Shown here piece after piece: positions 62,021 to 64,000 of a DNA stretch of 64,000 nucleotides. Under the pieces are notes generated by a model. The model worked only from the letters and a program-made list of their open reading frames with translations. It was not told where the DNA came from and ran no database searches. Position 1 is the first letter of the stretch; every line of letters begins with the position of its first letter. The translations under genes were made by a program, and so were the position numbers. Source of the stretch: Felis catus (taxonomy: Eukaryota); the NCBI RefSeq assembly GCF_018350175.1, contig NC_058368.1, positions 118,546,001 through 118,610,000 on the forward strand, written 5' to 3'.

Positions 62021-64000
62021 TTTCAAAGTCAATGTTGAGAGTAGAGCGTGAATATGCTGTTCTGGCTGACCTGGCCTAAGTCATACTGTCTGTCTACCCT
62101 CCAGAGTCAGAGGTGGCATGACCTCTGCCTGTGAGGGAGAAATGTGGACCCTTAGAAGGAGAGCCAGGGGTACACTTGCCTAAACACGAGTGAATGAACA
62201 CTGTGGGTAACCGAAACACACAGCATCATTTCTAAGAGCTCTGCTGGTCCCAGCCTTACCCTTTACTCCAGTCATTGTGCAGGAAATCCTATAGAATCTT
62301 GATAAACCTCCTGCCTTTGACACTGTCTGGAGATAAGAAAGGGCCCGGTGTAATAACATATAACGTCTACAGAGCCAGAAAGGATTCTAGAATCTGCTCT
62401 TTCAGTTTGCAAACCCCATTCTGCTCCTTGAGTGTTAACAGGAAAATAACAGAGATTGCTTATGTCATGGAGCTGAGGATCTCCTCCCCACCAGCTCAGA
62501 GCAAGAAAATCAAAGTGAATATTTCCAGAACCCATTGCTGCATATGCTGGGTTGACATCAGGGTTTTTTCCTAGATTAGGGGTAGGACCTGTATGCGAGG
62601 AAACTTGGCTTTGAGTCATCTATCTAGAAATGCAGTACTCTGACCTCATAGTTGTTTTTGTCAAGGAAAGAAGTCACCTGTGTCTCTTTGGGATAAATTT
62701 GCCTCCTGCCTCTCAAAGAGGCATTGTCGGGATTAATTTGATCGGTGTAAATGCCACTTGCTTGAAATTGTCTGAAGGAAGAAGAGAATGGAAGTTGAAA
62801 GGAGTGAATTTTGTGCAGTGACTCACTGTCTGGCGGTCCTTTCTCTTGGGCAGGGCCCTGCTCTGGAAGCAGAACGTCACAGGCTCCTACTTTGGGATCA
62901 TGTGTACTGTACCAAAGAATTTCTCATGCAGTTTCCAAAGCACAAAAGAACAAGGTTCTCTCTGCTGCTGATGGAGCTGTGTCACTCTTTCCAAAGGCAT
63001 GGAGGGGGTGTGAGGGGGGCAGAGGAACACAGAAAGACATTCTCTGTTGAAGATTACAATTTTTGCCTGGCGAATGGGGAGGTAGAAGCTTCGTGCTGAT
63101 GGGCCAGTGGTTTCATACTTGCTTTTAATGTTACATCCGTGTAAAGCCCGGAAATGTTAAAGGCAGAAGACTCCTTGCACTGTGATCTGACCACATCCTA
63201 CATACGTGTCAGTTCATATGCCATCTACTTAATGTCGTGCATTTGATAGCGAGTGAGTTTGTGTTTTTTATTTTTTTTTTCTGTTGCCCTTAAAATTTTC
63301 CTAAAATACTTTTCTTACTTGGACATTACTTAGATTTCATTTTTCCTCTTTTGCGTCCAGGTTTGTTTGTATTGGCTGTGACTCCAGTCTTGGGTTGAAA
63401 GCTAGGGAAGTTGCTTATAGGGGTTTTCAGGATTTCTGAATATGAAATTCAAGGAAATTGCATAATGTTGCAGCATTTCCTCTTCTTGTTGCTCGCTTGT
63501 TACTCAAAATACAGTAGTTTCTTCTAGAAGCTTGAAGGAATTTGGCAGATCCTACCCTCTGATGGTCTTTTGTGGTCTAGAGAGTCAGTGTTATCCTGAT
63601 TTGAGGCTGAGTTTTTCTTGAGGTCAAACAACAATGCTTCCTGAATTATAACTATGGCAACAGTGTTTATATAACACTCCAATCACAGGGCTGTGGGGGA
63701 GGAGGAGTACTCATAGCAATCAGTGTTAGTAATTCCAGAAACATTGCACTCCTGCTTAATTTACCAGGACCAGAAACAGGTTAAAATAGATGGCCCCTCT
63801 TGGCTGGGGATCTGGGTATGACTGACCACTTACATGCTCTGGGAGGAACGGTTTCACCCTTTCCCTTAAAATGATGTGAGCTTGATCTGAGATTTCTCAC
63901 AGGAAAGTATGTTAAGGGCCAGTGACACTGACAATGTGAAAGCATCACTATAAAGATAATATTCTCATCAAGGGCCTTATGACCCACTTTTAACCCACTG

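Larger units (their letters stand above)
8502..64000 (+). other. ARHGAP26: 5' part of a very long ARHGAP26 intron (phase 0, >55 kb)
   Basis: Begins GTAAGT; I did not find the next coding exon (expected to begin VYN...) in the window. Confidence 0.8.

Noticed and set aside
2900..62830. About a dozen scattered AP-1 (TGAGTCA/TGACTCA) sites
   Set aside because: Count is close to random expectation for a 7-mer on two strands in 64 kb
1..64000. Foreign, viral, mitochondrial or retrogene insert, or a novel multi-gene system
   Set aside because: I saw no compositional break, long ORF or recognisable processed-gene sequence; a BLAST of the repeat-masked window would be the decisive test

Overview
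Mammalian genomic DNA, almost certainly a felid (cat-like), judged from abundant SINEC_Fc-type carnivore SINEs and a carnivore L1. The only coding sequence I can support is one 79-bp internal exon at 8423-8501 (+). It encodes (R)[26 protein letters not shown], the C-terminal helix of the PH domain of ARHGAP26 (GRAF1). Everything else is intron: over 8.4 kb upstream and over 55 kb downstream, with the next exon not reached. The introns hold about 31 CanSINEs (about 24 antisense, 7 sense), L1 fragments, L2/MIR relics, MaLR LTRs, DNA transposon fossils (MER5A, MER58, MER82) and microsatellites. The ORF track is noise apart from L1 ORF2 remnants. I found no clear novel gene system. The most interesting signals concern retrotransposition mechanics: a two-SINE composite inside a single TSD pair, an L1 with an apparent 3' transduction, nested insertions and a 7-mer expansion inside a SINE. 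There are also unproven splicing candidates in the long intron (AG|GT ratchet-like sites, a possible poison microexon). Repeat subfamily names are from memory of consensus sequences, and boundaries of old repeats are approximate.
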